From contig JAHDLB010000022.1 of the NCBI GenBank assembly GCA_018432315.1, forward strand, positions 12,247 through 76,246: a DNA stretch of 64,000 nt, written 5' to 3'. Every line of letters begins with the position of its first letter. The stretch's first letter is position 1. The stretch comes from Anaerolineae bacterium (lineage in GTDB: Bacteria > Chloroflexota > Anaerolineae > Aggregatilineales > Aggregatilineaceae). The notes beneath the pieces are model-generated. The model was not told where the DNA came from, did not search any database, and worked only from the letters and a program-made list of their open reading frames with translations. Both the position numbers and the translations under genes were made by a program. Below, piece after piece: positions 1 through 11,200 of the stretch.

Positions 1-322
1 ATACGACTGCGACTGCCAACTGTGAAAAACCTTCCGAGATGTTATTCATGAGCTTTTCCTTTACTGGAACGATAATGATTGATTTTCTCAGCTAACAAAC
101 GTCGGTGTAACCATTTCAGATCGTTTGAGTGAAAACGTGTATGAAGCCCTAAACCGCATCAAATATGACTGTAAAATCGCCACATCAGATACTATTTTAT
201 CATAAATATTTGCTCTCTATTACTGGCTGCTGTTCACTCTCCAACTTTCGTGAAGCCTGATTCTCATAATCTATTTTCAAAATATCTGAACAATACAGGC
301 CCTTTGGCTTCCACAACTAGCT

Positions 323-1057
323 TCAGGCATTGATGCTTTGAAGTAGTTCTCGAAGATTCGCCTCCAGTCGATTTTCTACCTCAGGTATTGTCAATTGCCA
401 TTGCGATAGAAGGTAATGGTGAACCAAATTCACATGTGAGGGCAAAGCAGGTTCTCCACTCACTTTTACAAATGGACCATCAGTTTCTGTCAGAACACGC
501 TCTTTGGGAATGCGGCTGATTATTTTCTTGCCATTTGCGCTACGGATCATTGCCGGATTGATAGAGAAATAGTCCCCTCTAGAAGAAATCTGATCGATCA
601 ACGACAAAGGTCCACTGTACCAATGAAATATGACCGGAGCTATGTTGTAATCGCTGAGCAGTTCAAACACTTGTTTCTCGGCTCGACGCGTATGAAGTGT
701 AGCAATCTTGTGCTGTTTACTCAGAAGACCCAAAACGAACTCAAAAGACTCGATCTGTTTGTCTTTTGTCTCGTTACCCTCTCTTGAAAAATCAAGTCCT
801 ATCTCGCCGATAAAATCAGTGTCTGAGAAAAACTTCTTAAACAGATTCCTTTGCTCGCTAGTGTGGTGCTCTGCAACCAGTGGGTGCAAGCCTAAAGCTA
901 ACTTCAGATGCTTAAAAGGATGCATGTGTGGCCTAGCGGCTGCATAAGCTGAAGGCAAATTGGTCACTGCGACAGTGAAAATACCGGCCTTTTCCGTTTC
1001 AGCCGCCACCACTGGTGGGTTTTGGTACAAATCCAGATGGCAATGTGTGTCGTGCAT
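323..1057 (-). CDS. qatD: TatD-family metal-dependent DNase/hydrolase, last gene of a QatABCD-type defence operon (QatD)
   Basis: 244-aa ORF. It has N-terminal MHDTHCHLD (HxH metal site), HWYSG and C-terminal LTETDGPF, which are typical TatD motifs. It lies 3 nt downstream of the QueC-like gene on the same strand. Confidence 0.8.
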   Translation of the reverse strand: MHDTHCHLDLYQNPPVVAAETEKAGIFTVAVTNLPSAYAAARPHMHPFKHLKLALGLHPLVAEHHTSEQRNLFKKFFSDTDFIGEIGLDFSREGNETKDKQIESFEFVLGLLSKQHKIATLHTRRAEKQVFELLSDYNIAPVIFHWYSGPLSLIDQISSRGDYFSINPAMIRSANGKKIISRIPKERVLTETDGPFVKVSGEPALPSHVNLVHHYLLSQWQLTIPEVENRLEANLRELLQSINA

Positions 1058-1060
1058 GTT

Positions 1061-2461
1061 TTACTCGTTTAGGCCCGCCCAATCAAGAATATAAGGTTTA
1101 GCTTTATCCTTAAAGAATTGTGCAACTTCGGTTACGCCTGATTCAAGAACATGCCTGGCAACTAGCCGTTCGGAGTCTGGCAAGGCCATTGTCGTAGCTT
1201 CAAGTCCAGGGTTGAATTCCCCAATGCGAGCCTCATAAAGCCAGTTGAGAACTGCCCGCAAATCAGATGCTTTATTATCATCTAACTCTAGCTCTCCTGC
1301 ACAAATGTCAATGCCATAATCTTGACCATCGTCAAGACCAACTCTGTGCATAGCTGCCCTTCTTAGAATACAGGGGATACAATATCCGCAGTTATTTTTG
1401 TCGCGCCGGAGCCATGGCTGGCGTCGGCTCGGATGGGCGCAGGAGACCGTGTGACGTGCTAATTCACTTGCAGTATTGAAATCGACAGCCTGTTGAATTG
1501 TCTCTCCCTTTGTGAGATGTCCAAGTGGGTTCAAAACCTGGTTAGTAATACCAAGTTGTGCGACTAGGTTACGGAAATACTGCAAAAACATGGGGTGGGC
1601 TGTTCTCGTACTGCACGATCCCAACCGGGAGCTTGTCAGTGGGGGATTGAGTGCAATGAAACCATTTTCTGGTATCAGCAAGGGGATTGGCTCATTGACT
1701 GACAAACGTCTAGCGGCGTAAAGACCCAAAGCCAGGAAGATCAACGAACGACTGCGGAAGGTGGGTTCCTTTTGGCTATCGGTAACTTGTGTATAGATAC
1801 TTTTTCCTTCTTGAAGTTTCAGAGTCCCTCCAACGCGAGCTTGAATAAGAGGTAGTCTATTCGGATATTCAATTCCGAGTCGTTGGGCTATTCTGCCCTG
1901 GACTGCTTTTGCTGAGGAACCTAGATCGTAATGTCCCATAAGCGCCAGTCGTCCATCATTTGTAGCTAACCAATTGGTTGCTCCAATGAATGAGTCTAGA
2001 CCGCCAGAAAAAAGGCTAACAGCAGCGACTCGACCAACGGGCTTCCGTCGCAGATTTCTATACGGTCTCCCAAAGACACGTCGTTCTTGCTTTGTAAACG
2101 TAAAACTCCAAGCGTCGCCGGTGAGAAAGGAACACGTGGCAACCAAAAGTTCAGCATTTGCAGACCATAAATCAGGATCCGCAGCTGGAAGTTCAACCTC
2201 CAGTTCGCGTGTCCATCTGTCTTCAAAAATTGAACGCGGCACAATTTGATCAATTAGGTAAATACTTCCGGCTACCAGAAGCAAATCATTTGCAGCATCT
2301 TCGCTACGGCCAAAGTAACGGCAGAAATTGTCTAGGGGAAGTTCAAGATATTGCAGGACGTCAATATCCGGCACACGAGCTTCATACGCAGGCTCGCCAG
2401 GCTGAAGCCCAACTCGTTGAGAAACAATAACTTTCATGACTCTGTCCCGTAGACTCGCCAC
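1061..2461 (-). CDS. qatC: QueC-like PP-loop ATPase (QatC)
   Basis: 466-aa ORF with PP-loop VSLFSGGLDSFIGA and a C-terminal Cys cluster NNCGYCIPCILRR, as in QueC/ExsB. The true start may be the internal ATG at 2437, which overlaps the qatB stop as ATGA. Confidence 0.75.
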   Translation of the reverse strand: MASLRDRVMKVIVSQRVGLQPGEPAYEARVPDIDVLQYLELPLDNFCRYFGRSEDAANDLLLVAGSIYLIDQIVPRSIFEDRWTRELEVELPAADPDLWSANAELLVATCSFLTGDAWSFTFTKQERRVFGRPYRNLRRKPVGRVAAVSLFSGGLDSFIGATNWLATNDGRLALMGHYDLGSSAKAVQGRIAQRLGIEYPNRLPLIQARVGGTLKLQEGKSIYTQVTDSQKEPTFRSRSLIFLALGLYAARRLSVNEPIPLLIPENGFIALNPPLTSSRLGSCSTRTAHPMFLQYFRNLVAQLGITNQVLNPLGHLTKGETIQQAVDFNTASELARHTVSCAHPSRRQPWLRRDKNNCGYCIPCILRRAAMHRVGLDDGQDYGIDICAGELELDDNKASDLRAVLNWLYEARIGEFNPGLEATTMALPDSERLVARHVLESGVTEVAQFFKDKAKPYILDWAGLNE

Positions 2462-3168
2462 ACGCTGGTCAAAATCTCTTGCGATATGTTTTCGCCCTCA
2501 GCACCCCGCCAATCGATATCTCTCAGGTCCTGTCCATGGGTCCGTACATCAAGTTTTGCGAAGATGAAATCTTTAATCTCTCTGAGAAGGCGTTTTACAG
2601 CTCGAACCCCTCCTGAGACTTGCTTCAACAGACGCTCAGTCGAATGAGTCTCGAATCGCTTGTAGATACACATTCCAAAAAAACGTTTGACTATCGTGGT
2701 TACTCCATCACGCTGAAGCAACTCTGATATATCTTCGCTCAACTCCTCATAGGTTTCACTCTTATCGAACAATTCCAGTTGGAGATCTAATAACGCCTCG
2801 CGGACTATGTCGTCTTCCAAAATACTGCCATCTCCGATCAGGTGATCTGTTATACCCCGAAGAACATGCATTGGGGGTTGCCCCACCAAATTGTCTAGCC
2901 CTTCTGAAACGAGTGACTCGGAGAGACCTATGCGTTGTGCATTTGACAGAAAGCCTCCGAGTTTCGCTCCGGTCCTGCTGGCCGACGCCATCTGCTGAGC
3001 TGCTTGGCGAGGACCCCCATGTGCCTCGGTATATTTGCCCATTGTTCTGCCGATTTGTGCCGATTCGACAGGTCCAGAAGATCCCGAAGATGACAACGAA
3101 GCAAGGTCTCTTTTGAAATCTGGCCAATTGCCAGATGTAGGGAGGCTATACCCAGCAGATGTTCCCAT
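2434..3168 (-). CDS. qatB: QatB-like protein of unknown function
   Basis: 244-aa ORF with no motif I can recognise. It sits between the KAP NTPase and the QueC-like gene. Its start overlaps the qatA stop by 1 nt, consistent with translational coupling. Confidence 0.6.
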   Translation of the reverse strand: MGTSAGYSLPTSGNWPDFKRDLASLSSSGSSGPVESAQIGRTMGKYTEAHGGPRQAAQQMASASRTGAKLGGFLSNAQRIGLSESLVSEGLDNLVGQPPMHVLRGITDHLIGDGSILEDDIVREALLDLQLELFDKSETYEELSEDISELLQRDGVTTIVKRFFGMCIYKRFETHSTERLLKQVSGGVRAVKRLLREIKDFIFAKLDVRTHGQDLRDIDWRGAEGENISQEILTSVWRVYGTES

Positions 3169-5162
3169 TATCGCTCTCGCTTCAAATCGTCAAGCGCATC
3201 TTTGGCTGCAATACCAAGTGTATTGCTTTCTCTAGCCCATTTGTCGAGTAATTGGGCGACACTAGTTTTATGGCCAGGGACATTCTGAGCTATTCGTACC
3301 AACCAAATTGGAGTAGTTCGATTTAGAGATGCTGGAGCGATTTCCGCAAGAACAGTGATGAGTTTTGGTATGTATTCTGGCAGCATTTGCGCAACCCTGA
3401 TCCAAACGCCAATTGCATTTTGGCTTCCAGGCTCCCGACGAGCATAAGCCGTCAACTCATTAAACAAAACAAGTTTCTCGTCAGACAAAAGGGTTTTGAT
3501 CTGAGCTTCAGTCTCGCCCAATATAGTGCTATCGCCCGAATCTAGGAGGTCTGCCAGAAGATTTCGCAAATGAAGCGGAATTGCAGCAACACCGGATAGA
3601 ATCCCAGTGATACGATCTCTAGTTATCCAGAAGTAATTCCGTAGATCTTCATTGACAAGGGAGGGAACCATTTGAAGCCATGTCTGAACAGCTGTTGTTT
3701 GCCAACCAGGTTGCGATTTAAGTATCTTGTCGGCCATATCCTTGAGTTGCCCGTCGGCAGATTGCGTTCCTCGCTCAAGAGCTTCCAGTTCCTGAGGTTT
3801 ACCTTCCTGAGCACTTTGCCATTGATAAAGTTGAGAAAACAATTCTGGTTGCAGATACTCGAGAATCATCAGCTTGACCAGGATTTGATCAGAAAGCTCA
3901 ATTCGCGCAGCCTCCGCCAGTTTTTTGCGAAGCAACAAGGCATTAAGCAGACGTTTCGTTTGGCGAGGGTTTCCTTTCAGCAAATCACTTAAGGTGAGTG
4001 AGATGCTGCTACACCAGGCTAATTCGCTCGCTAGTACATCAAGGAGTTTCACATCGTGATGCTGCAAGGCCCCCGTGATTTCCTGATGTCGAAAAACTTG
4101 AGTGATATCCTCTTTACGAGAGGCGAGGAATGCATCATGAACATGCTTGAAGTCATCACCTAGCCGAAGCTGACAAAAAAGAAGACTGATGTATGTTTCG
4201 ATTTCGCTCGCTGAAAGGCGAGGCAGATGGTATGGAATCTGAATTAGTTTTTCAAGATAGTCTGTGACCAGATCAAGCTGGCCGGCTGCTCTGCTTTCGG
4301 CTTCTTCAATGCGTCCTGTCTCATAACGTTTGGCAATTGCATAGCGAACAATACGTTGGTCAGCACCGATCACGAAAGCTACGTTTGCTACTGATAAAAA
4401 CAGCTTTATTGCTTCTAGTGTTTCTACAAGGCGGCTTGGTTCACAGCGATCTAAATCATCGATAAGGATAACCAACGAATCGAGTTTCGTTTCAGCAATT
4501 AGCTCTTTGAAATCAGAACGAAACTCTCTGGCCCCTACGATCCCTTGGCTTGCAGGGTTTCCCCTAAGAAGTTCGGTTAAATCGACATCAGCTAGGTCCG
4601 GCGACTTGTCAGAAGATGCAGGCGGCGAAACTGGTGCAGCCATAGGGAAGGTGCCCGTCATAGACGCAATCTGTGCCGTTATGATTGGTGCAACAACTGT
4701 TTGGTACCCCACACTAAACAATCTGAGCCAGTTGATTCTTTGTAGAAGGTTTGCTGCCTTTTCTTTGATTTTTGCGTCAAGCTTCTTGTGTTCGCCAAGC
4801 TCCAGAAGAATTGAATGGATCAATGCGGACTTGGCCTCGTCGTATCCCTCAAACTGCCAACCGTTAAAGTAAATACAGGCGATGTTATTTTCGGACTCAA
4901 GAGAGTTTTGCAGCATTTTGATGATGCTTGACTTACCGCTTCCCCAGTCCCCAAAGACCCCGACTGTTATTGGGAGTAAGCGGCTGTCTGTAACGATACT
5001 CTGTATCAGGTCGGCATGAACTTGAAAACCCAATAGGTCTGTCTGTGTTTCGTTATCTGCCCACATGTTTTTTAACCGATTTCTCTTGTAGCGTTTGTCT
5101 GCGAATAATACCACAAATTCAATTTCAAGGCTGTGAACAATACTTCGGTACACCACGATCAA
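3168..5162 (-). CDS. qatA: KAP-family P-loop NTPase (QatA)
   Basis: 664-aa ORF with Walker A GVFGDWGSGKSS and Walker B SLVILIDDLDRC, followed by a long helical C-terminal region typical of KAP NTPases. The likely true start is the MWADNE ATG at 5066. Confidence 0.75.
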   Translation of the reverse strand: MIVVYRSIVHSLEIEFVVLFADKRYKRNRLKNMWADNETQTDLLGFQVHADLIQSIVTDSRLLPITVGVFGDWGSGKSSIIKMLQNSLESENNIACIYFNGWQFEGYDEAKSALIHSILLELGEHKKLDAKIKEKAANLLQRINWLRLFSVGYQTVVAPIITAQIASMTGTFPMAAPVSPPASSDKSPDLADVDLTELLRGNPASQGIVGAREFRSDFKELIAETKLDSLVILIDDLDRCEPSRLVETLEAIKLFLSVANVAFVIGADQRIVRYAIAKRYETGRIEEAESRAAGQLDLVTDYLEKLIQIPYHLPRLSASEIETYISLLFCQLRLGDDFKHVHDAFLASRKEDITQVFRHQEITGALQHHDVKLLDVLASELAWCSSISLTLSDLLKGNPRQTKRLLNALLLRKKLAEAARIELSDQILVKLMILEYLQPELFSQLYQWQSAQEGKPQELEALERGTQSADGQLKDMADKILKSQPGWQTTAVQTWLQMVPSLVNEDLRNYFWITRDRITGILSGVAAIPLHLRNLLADLLDSGDSTILGETEAQIKTLLSDEKLVLFNELTAYARREPGSQNAIGVWIRVAQMLPEYIPKLITVLAEIAPASLNRTTPIWLVRIAQNVPGHKTSVAQLLDKWARESNTLGIAAKDALDDLKRER

Positions 5163-5370
5163 AGTCTAGGTAATTCGAAACAGTCTGTCGGGATCCGAAA
5201 CTCGGGCGAAGAAAAGCCAGTATTATCTGACTAATCTGCCTAGTTGGGGTTGGAAATAGCATGACATCGGTGATGAGCGTATGCGCGCGGAAGGTCTTTT
5301 ACATAATCGGGAATTAGCCACACTTCCGCTGGAAATTACCAGATATTCCGTTTTCTTTTTTGTACATATG

Positions 5371-5436
5371 TGCTATAGTTGACGTATCTGGAACTCATTG
5401 CGCTTTTTCATCTGATGAGTATTATAGAGTTCCAGA
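5371..5436 (+). promoter_or_regulatory. Extended -10-like box plus nested palindrome in the qatA/sspD divergent intergenic region (candidate promoter/operator)
   Basis: TGCTATAGT (5371-5379) resembles an extended -10 box. A 10-bp inverted repeat TCTGGAACTC / GAGTTCCAGA (5387-5396 / 5427-5436) encloses the palindrome TCATCTGATGA (5408-5418). Confidence 0.3.
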
Positions 5437-5502
5437 AAGCATTTTACGTTACAACAAAGTCGATCTCACACCACTGTCAATGTAGAGCACAAGGAAATCG
5501 AC

Positions 5503-7275
5503 ATGCATGAGGGTATTTATTGGTGCGACAACTGTCAGGCTGTGTTCAAAGCAAAAACCGCGCGCCAAGTTAAAAGTGTAGCATGTGTTGATTGTGGCAA
5601 CGAATCACGCTATCTGACGACAGATGTACGTCCGGTGTTTTCGCGTGAGCGCCGGATATTGCAGTTTTACGGGCACGGGCCTTTGCTCACGGAGCAGGTT
5701 TGGCGTAGCAGTAAATCTGTTTACTACTATATTAATGGCGAGACCGTGCGGCTCCCCAGCGCCGAGACGTTGAAGGAAAATTTGCCTGCCATCGGAGACT
5801 TCATCGCCGACAGCAACCACTACGACGCAGTCGATGAGCAACTTCTTAAGATGTATCACCATCAACTCGAAATCAATCGGCCACATTTGAATAATTTGGA
5901 AGACGAGTCGTTTCAGTATATTCAACATGTCGGCAAGCGATTTCGGCGGCGGTTGTTTTTGGTATCGTTCAGCGGCGGGAAGGACTCGACAGTTGTTTCT
6001 GACCTTGTGCGACGAGCACTAGGGAGGTCCGATATTCTCCACGTCTTTGGTGACACCACTCTGGAGGACGAAAACACATACGCGTATGTACGTGATTTCC
6101 GCGAGCAGAATCCGCTGGTTCCATTCTTTGAGGCGCGCGCGGAGCACGATTTTCACGAATTGGTAGACGAAATTGGGCCCCCCAGCCGTGTGATGCGGTG
6201 GTGCTGTACGATATTCAAAGCCGGTCCCATTAACAATTTGCTGCAAACGCTCGGCGACCAAAAATGCCTCACGTTTTATGGCATCCGGCGCGATGAGTCT
6301 GTTCGCCGTAGTAACTACCAGGACCCATCCAGAAACAGCCCGGATCGCGTCGGTACGGTCATTGAACTAGATCGTGATGCTAAGGAACTCTATGGTATTC
6401 CCGCGAACGTGACCGTGGATGCGAAACTCGGTCAGCACGTCATGGCGTCACCCATTGTTGATTGGACCGAGTTTGATGTTTGGCTGTATATCTTGCTCAA
6501 CAGACTTCATTTCAACAAGTCATATCGTCTCGGTTATACCCGCGTCGGCTGCTGGTTGTGCCCCCTCAACTCGGATTGGTCAGAACTCATCGGCAGCATT
6601 TTTTTCCCAGAAGACACAGCGCGTTGGCGCGCTCAACTCCTCGATTTTGCCCAGCGCATTGGCAAACCTGATCCGGAGGAATACATCGATTCACGTGCCT
6701 GGGTGAAGCGTTTTGGCGGCGCTGGTATGCCCAATAGTTTCACTGCGCCGGAAACAAGGGCTTGTGGCGATATGGCGAATACCGTCCAGATCGAGATAGA
6801 ACGCCCGGTGAATGTGGAGCTGGAAGAGTTTCTCAAGCCCCTCGGCAAGATCAACCGAGATCGCAGTCGCGCCGCGTTGGGAGAGATCTACCTTGAAGGG
6901 CGCAAGGGTCAGAAATGGGATGCTATGATCGTCCAAGCACCCGAAAACAGCACCACACTGCGTGTCACTGTGTTGAATCCGCAAGACTCGCTAAAGAATA
7001 TTTCGGCCTACATCCGCTACCAAGCTGGCAAGTTCCAGACATGTATTCAGTGTACGGCGTGTTCTGCTGTCTGCCCGGCAGGTGCGATTACGATCAAACC
7101 GGACCAGCGGATCTACGAGATCAATCAGGATGTGTGCACCGGATGCATGGAATGTGTGACCCACTTTGGCTCAACCGGCTGTTTGGTGGCGAAGAGCTTG
7201 AGCGTTTACGGTAACTCTAAGCCGCAAGTGGCTCCCGCCGGTAACAGCGGTTTCGTTCCTATCGATTCACTGTAG
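5503..7275 (+). CDS. sspD: PAPS-reductase/DndC-like ATP pyrophosphatase with a C-terminal 4Fe-4S ferredoxin domain (SspD-type)
   Basis: 590 aa. It has an N-terminal zinc ribbon (CDNCQAV...CVDCGNE) and PP-loop SFSGGKDSTV. The C-terminal clusters CIQCTACSAVCP and CTGCMECV indicate a ferredoxin domain. Confidence 0.75.
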   Translation: MHEGIYWCDNCQAVFKAKTARQVKSVACVDCGNESRYLTTDVRPVFSRERRILQFYGHGPLLTEQVWRSSKSVYYYINGETVRLPSAETLKENLPAIGDFIADSNHYDAVDEQLLKMYHHQLEINRPHLNNLEDESFQYIQHVGKRFRRRLFLVSFSGGKDSTVVSDLVRRALGRSDILHVFGDTTLEDENTYAYVRDFREQNPLVPFFEARAEHDFHELVDEIGPPSRVMRWCCTIFKAGPINNLLQTLGDQKCLTFYGIRRDESVRRSNYQDPSRNSPDRVGTVIELDRDAKELYGIPANVTVDAKLGQHVMASPIVDWTEFDVWLYILLNRLHFNKSYRLGYTRVGCWLCPLNSDWSELIGSIFFPEDTARWRAQLLDFAQRIGKPDPEEYIDSRAWVKRFGGAGMPNSFTAPETRACGDMANTVQIEIERPVNVELEEFLKPLGKINRDRSRAALGEIYLEGRKGQKWDAMIVQAPENSTTLRVTVLNPQDSLKNISAYIRYQAGKFQTCIQCTACSAVCPAGAITIKPDQRIYEINQDVCTGCMECVTHFGSTGCLVAKSLSVYGNSKPQVAPAGNSGFVPIDSL

Positions 7276-7283
7276 GTGAACTT

Positions 7284-8234
7284 ATGTATTTCGCAAAACA
7301 TGAAACTTTCCACATTCGCGATGGCTGGCTGTATAAGGGCATGAAAGCCATTTGTGAGGACGAAAACATCTTTTTGGCAGAAGACGCGCCCGAAAGACTT
7401 GGACTTGGCAAGAACATGGTTCGTGCCTTGCGCTACTGGATGCAAGCAGTTGGGCTGTCTAGCGAAGAATTCAGCGGTGGCAAAAAAGCTCAAGCCTTGA
7501 CGCCCGTGGGCGAGCTTATCTGGATGAACGATCCCTACCTGGAACTAGAGGGAACGTTGTGGCTACTGCACCACCAGTTGATCAGCAGTGAAGAACTGGC
7601 CACGACCTGGTACTGGTTCTTTAATCACTACGTGCCCGTTGCTTTTATCTCGCGGGACTTTGTGGAAAGACTGGGGCAGTGGATCAATCTTCAACTCCCT
7701 GAAGGCGCGAACCCAGTTGCTGAAAACTCGCTGCGCAAGGATTTTGACTGCCTACTGCGCACCTATCTGCCGGGAAAAAGGGGGCAATCGCCGGAAGATG
7801 TGATGGCATCTCCGTTTACTACTTTGGGACTGCTATCATCTTTTACTGAACAAGATGAGGAATCTCGGAAGCCCATCCGTGCCTATCGGTTTGAAGCTGG
7901 GTTGCCACAGACCATCCCGCCCCTGATTTTCCTGTACATTCTCCTGAATCGTCAGGCAGAGGAGCGTCCCGGCGCAAATCAGGTGGGTCTGAATATCGTG
8001 CTACGAGAACCCAAAAACGTTGGCCGAACCTTCAATATCGGCATGTTGGCGTTGGAAGAGCTGCTCATGCGGCTGGAAGATATCCATCCGGAGTGGGCGG
8101 TGCGCCTGACTCGCACGGGGGGGCTGGATCAACTGACCTTGCCTGATGTACAGGCATTCGATGTGCTGCGCGTGTTTTATGAGGAACAGACTGTAACAGA
8201 AGAGGTCCGGCCATGGCTACAGCCACTCCACTGA
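7284..8234 (+). CDS. sspB: DUF4007-family protein (SspB-type)
   Basis: 316 aa. The N-terminus MYFAKHETFHIRDGWLYKG matches the DUF4007 signature as I remember it. It starts 9 nt after sspD. Confidence 0.65.
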   Translation: MYFAKHETFHIRDGWLYKGMKAICEDENIFLAEDAPERLGLGKNMVRALRYWMQAVGLSSEEFSGGKKAQALTPVGELIWMNDPYLELEGTLWLLHHQLISSEELATTWYWFFNHYVPVAFISRDFVERLGQWINLQLPEGANPVAENSLRKDFDCLLRTYLPGKRGQSPEDVMASPFTTLGLLSSFTEQDEESRKPIRAYRFEAGLPQTIPPLIFLYILLNRQAEERPGANQVGLNIVLREPKNVGRTFNIGMLALEELLMRLEDIHPEWAVRLTRTGGLDQLTLPDVQAFDVLRVFYEEQTVTEEVRPWLQPLH

Positions 8235-11200
8235 TTCAGACTGCATCCCGATTTCAGCGCGCGATCCACGTGCGTTATGACTTGCGCGACGCCGAAACCA
8301 TCCGGCAGTACATCCCGACCTACAGCGCAGCCAACGCCTTGTCCTCTATTCTGGTCGGCACGCGAGCCGATGGTACCCAACGTGCGCATGTGCTATACGC
8401 CGCTTACGGGTCTGGAAAATCACACTTCGCTGTCGCTCTGGCGGGATTACTTGAAAACGATGCGGCGCTGCGAGCAGCAGTGCTTCGTTTTGTCGAAAAT
8501 GTATCGGAAACAGATCAGCGGGCGGGTGATTTCGCCCATGAGTATCTTAAACGCGACATGCGCTTGTTGCCTGTCGTACTATCGGGTAACGAGGGCGACC
8601 TGACGACAGCGTTGTTGCGTGCTTTGAGCCGGTCACTACATGAGGCAGGACTGGGTGATGTTCAACTCGCAACTCGGTTTGAAGCTGCGTTGAGCATCAT
8701 TCATCGTTGGGGACAAGCCTATCCTGATGTGCTCAATCGTCTAGCTGAGATGACTCGCCAGCAAGTTGGCCTCGAACTTGAAGACCTACTCGAACAACTC
8801 GAAAGACACGATTCACAAGCTTTCGACGTCTTTGAAGACATTTATCCGCATCTAACGGGCGGTGCAACCTTTGATCCGTTCTCAGGACAGACACCGGACC
8901 TTGTATACCGCGATGTAGCTGCTCAACTTTGTGGTTTAGGTTACGATGGCCTAGTTGTGCTATGGGATGAGTTCGGGCGGTATCTGGAAGCGCGAGCATC
9001 CCAGGCATTTAGTGACGAAGCCGCACTGCTTCAGAACTTTGCGGAAGCTTGCAATTACAGTAGCGACAAACAAATGCATTTGCTGCTGCTCACTCACAAG
9101 GAACTTCAAGGCTATGCAGCCACGCTGCCGAAAACGTATCAGCAGGAATGGTCGCGCATCGAAGGTCGTTTCCAGCGTCACAATCTTTCGACCGATCCCT
9201 ACATCGCGTATCGGCTCATTGACGCTGCAATCCAGCATCCCGATGAAGCCCGTGTCGATGCTCTACTTGATGCTGAATTAGACTTTCTCGTCCGGTGGAG
9301 CCGGGAAAAGCATCTGTTTGGTGTGCTTGAAAGCGAGGCCGTCGCTCGGCTCATACGCGGGACATGGCCGCTGCATCCGCTCACGGTTTTTGCGCTCACA
9401 CATCTGTCCAACCGCGTAGCGCAAAATGAACGCACGATGTTCACTTTTTTGACCGCTGATGAGCTTCACTCCCTGAGCAATACTTTCTCTGCGATATCGT
9501 ATGACGACCCGCGCGATATCCTGGTGCGGCCAGACACTCTGTGGGACTATTTTCAAGATGCGATTCGGTCGGATATCGGTGGCACCGGCACACACCATTT
9601 TTGGTCGGGTGTGATCCATGCGCTAGACAAAGTCGCTACCGGCGATATGCTTACCGCTGCGCTGGTGAAAACGCTCGGTGTTCTGCTGGTTTGTGCTGAG
9701 TTTACAGCGGTTAAGCCCGATACAGATACGCTATGTTGGGCAGTCGGCGCGGACAGTCACGATCAGCGGGCTGCTGTCATCGCCACACTTGAGAATTTGC
9801 GTCGGCGCAAGGTGGTCATTCATCGCGAGATCGATGGATATTGGAAGTTTATCGCTGGTAGCGACATCAACTTTGAAGAGCGTTTGCATCAGGTACTCGA
9901 ACGCATCAATCCCACTTCCGCGCAACTGCGGCGCGTGTTACAGGAATACGTTCCAGCTCCGCATACTCTGGCCCGGCGTTACAACCAGGAACATGCCATG
10001 ATCCGGTACTTCACGGGCATGTATCGCTGGCCGCAGGAGATGGAAGGGACGCCATGGGATACGCAACTGGCGCGTGAACGCGCTGATGGACTTGTCATCT
10101 ATGTGTTGGCACGAGACGATGTCGATTGGGACAGGACGTTTCAGGTGTTGCAGGCTCACAATAGAGTTGTGTACGTGCTGCCACGCCGGGATGATGTGCT
10201 GGTATCGATCGAGGGGATTCTCCGTGAGTTGATCGGGCTTCAGAATATCAGCAACGACGCATCACTCAAACAACACGAAGATCGCGCACGCATCCAGCGC
10301 GAGATTGACTGGTTACTCGAAGATGCCCAGACGCGTTTGGAACGGACGATAGCTGCCCTGGTCGATCCGCGTGAAGACAAATCAGTCTGGGTTGTAGTTG
10401 ATGGCGATACGGCTCGATGTTATCCTGTTAACAGCCTAGGACAGACAACCAAAATCGTGAGTGATATTTGTGCTGAGGTGTTTCCGCAAACACCAGTCTT
10501 CAATAGCGAAGGCTTAAACGTCTATCAGCCGTCGACTCAACAACAGAGTGCCGCCCAAAAGGTCATCGATGCGTTGTTTGTCAATCCACCTAGTGAAACA
10601 TTTGGTATGGAAGGGCGAGGACCTGAAATCTTGGCCCTGAATACTCTACTCCAACTGCCGGGCATTCTGTGCCAAGACGATGACAAAGAGTGGATGATCG
10701 CTCGCCCTGATGACCACGCTCTATTGGCAGATGTGTGGGATGAAATCACTGAATACTTAGCGACTTGTCGTGTTGATCAGGGTAGGCCACTCGATCCGCT
10801 GATAGAACAGCTAACTTCGCCGCCCTACGGCCTGAGACCCGGCGTGATCCCGGTGCTCCTAGCCGCAGTTTTGCGGGACAGTCTCATCGTAACGACAGTG
10901 CGGAGAGACGGTCGTGCTGTGACACCGGTCGATGGTGCACTCTTGATTAAGGCGGTGTTTGAGCCGAATCACTACAGTTTTGAGCTAGGCGAATGGAATG
11001 AGACGCTTGAGCATTTGCGGCGAGCGCTTGAAACCCAGTTTAGTGTATACATTCATCAGAATGAACGTAATCAGCAGCCATTGACAATGCTTCAGATGTC
11101 AATGCTGCGCTGGTTGCAGAGTTTGCCGCCGTTCTGTCGAGATACCCGGCGAATATCACAGGACGCACAAGCGTTTCGGGAGCTCGTGCGAAAGGCTCAG

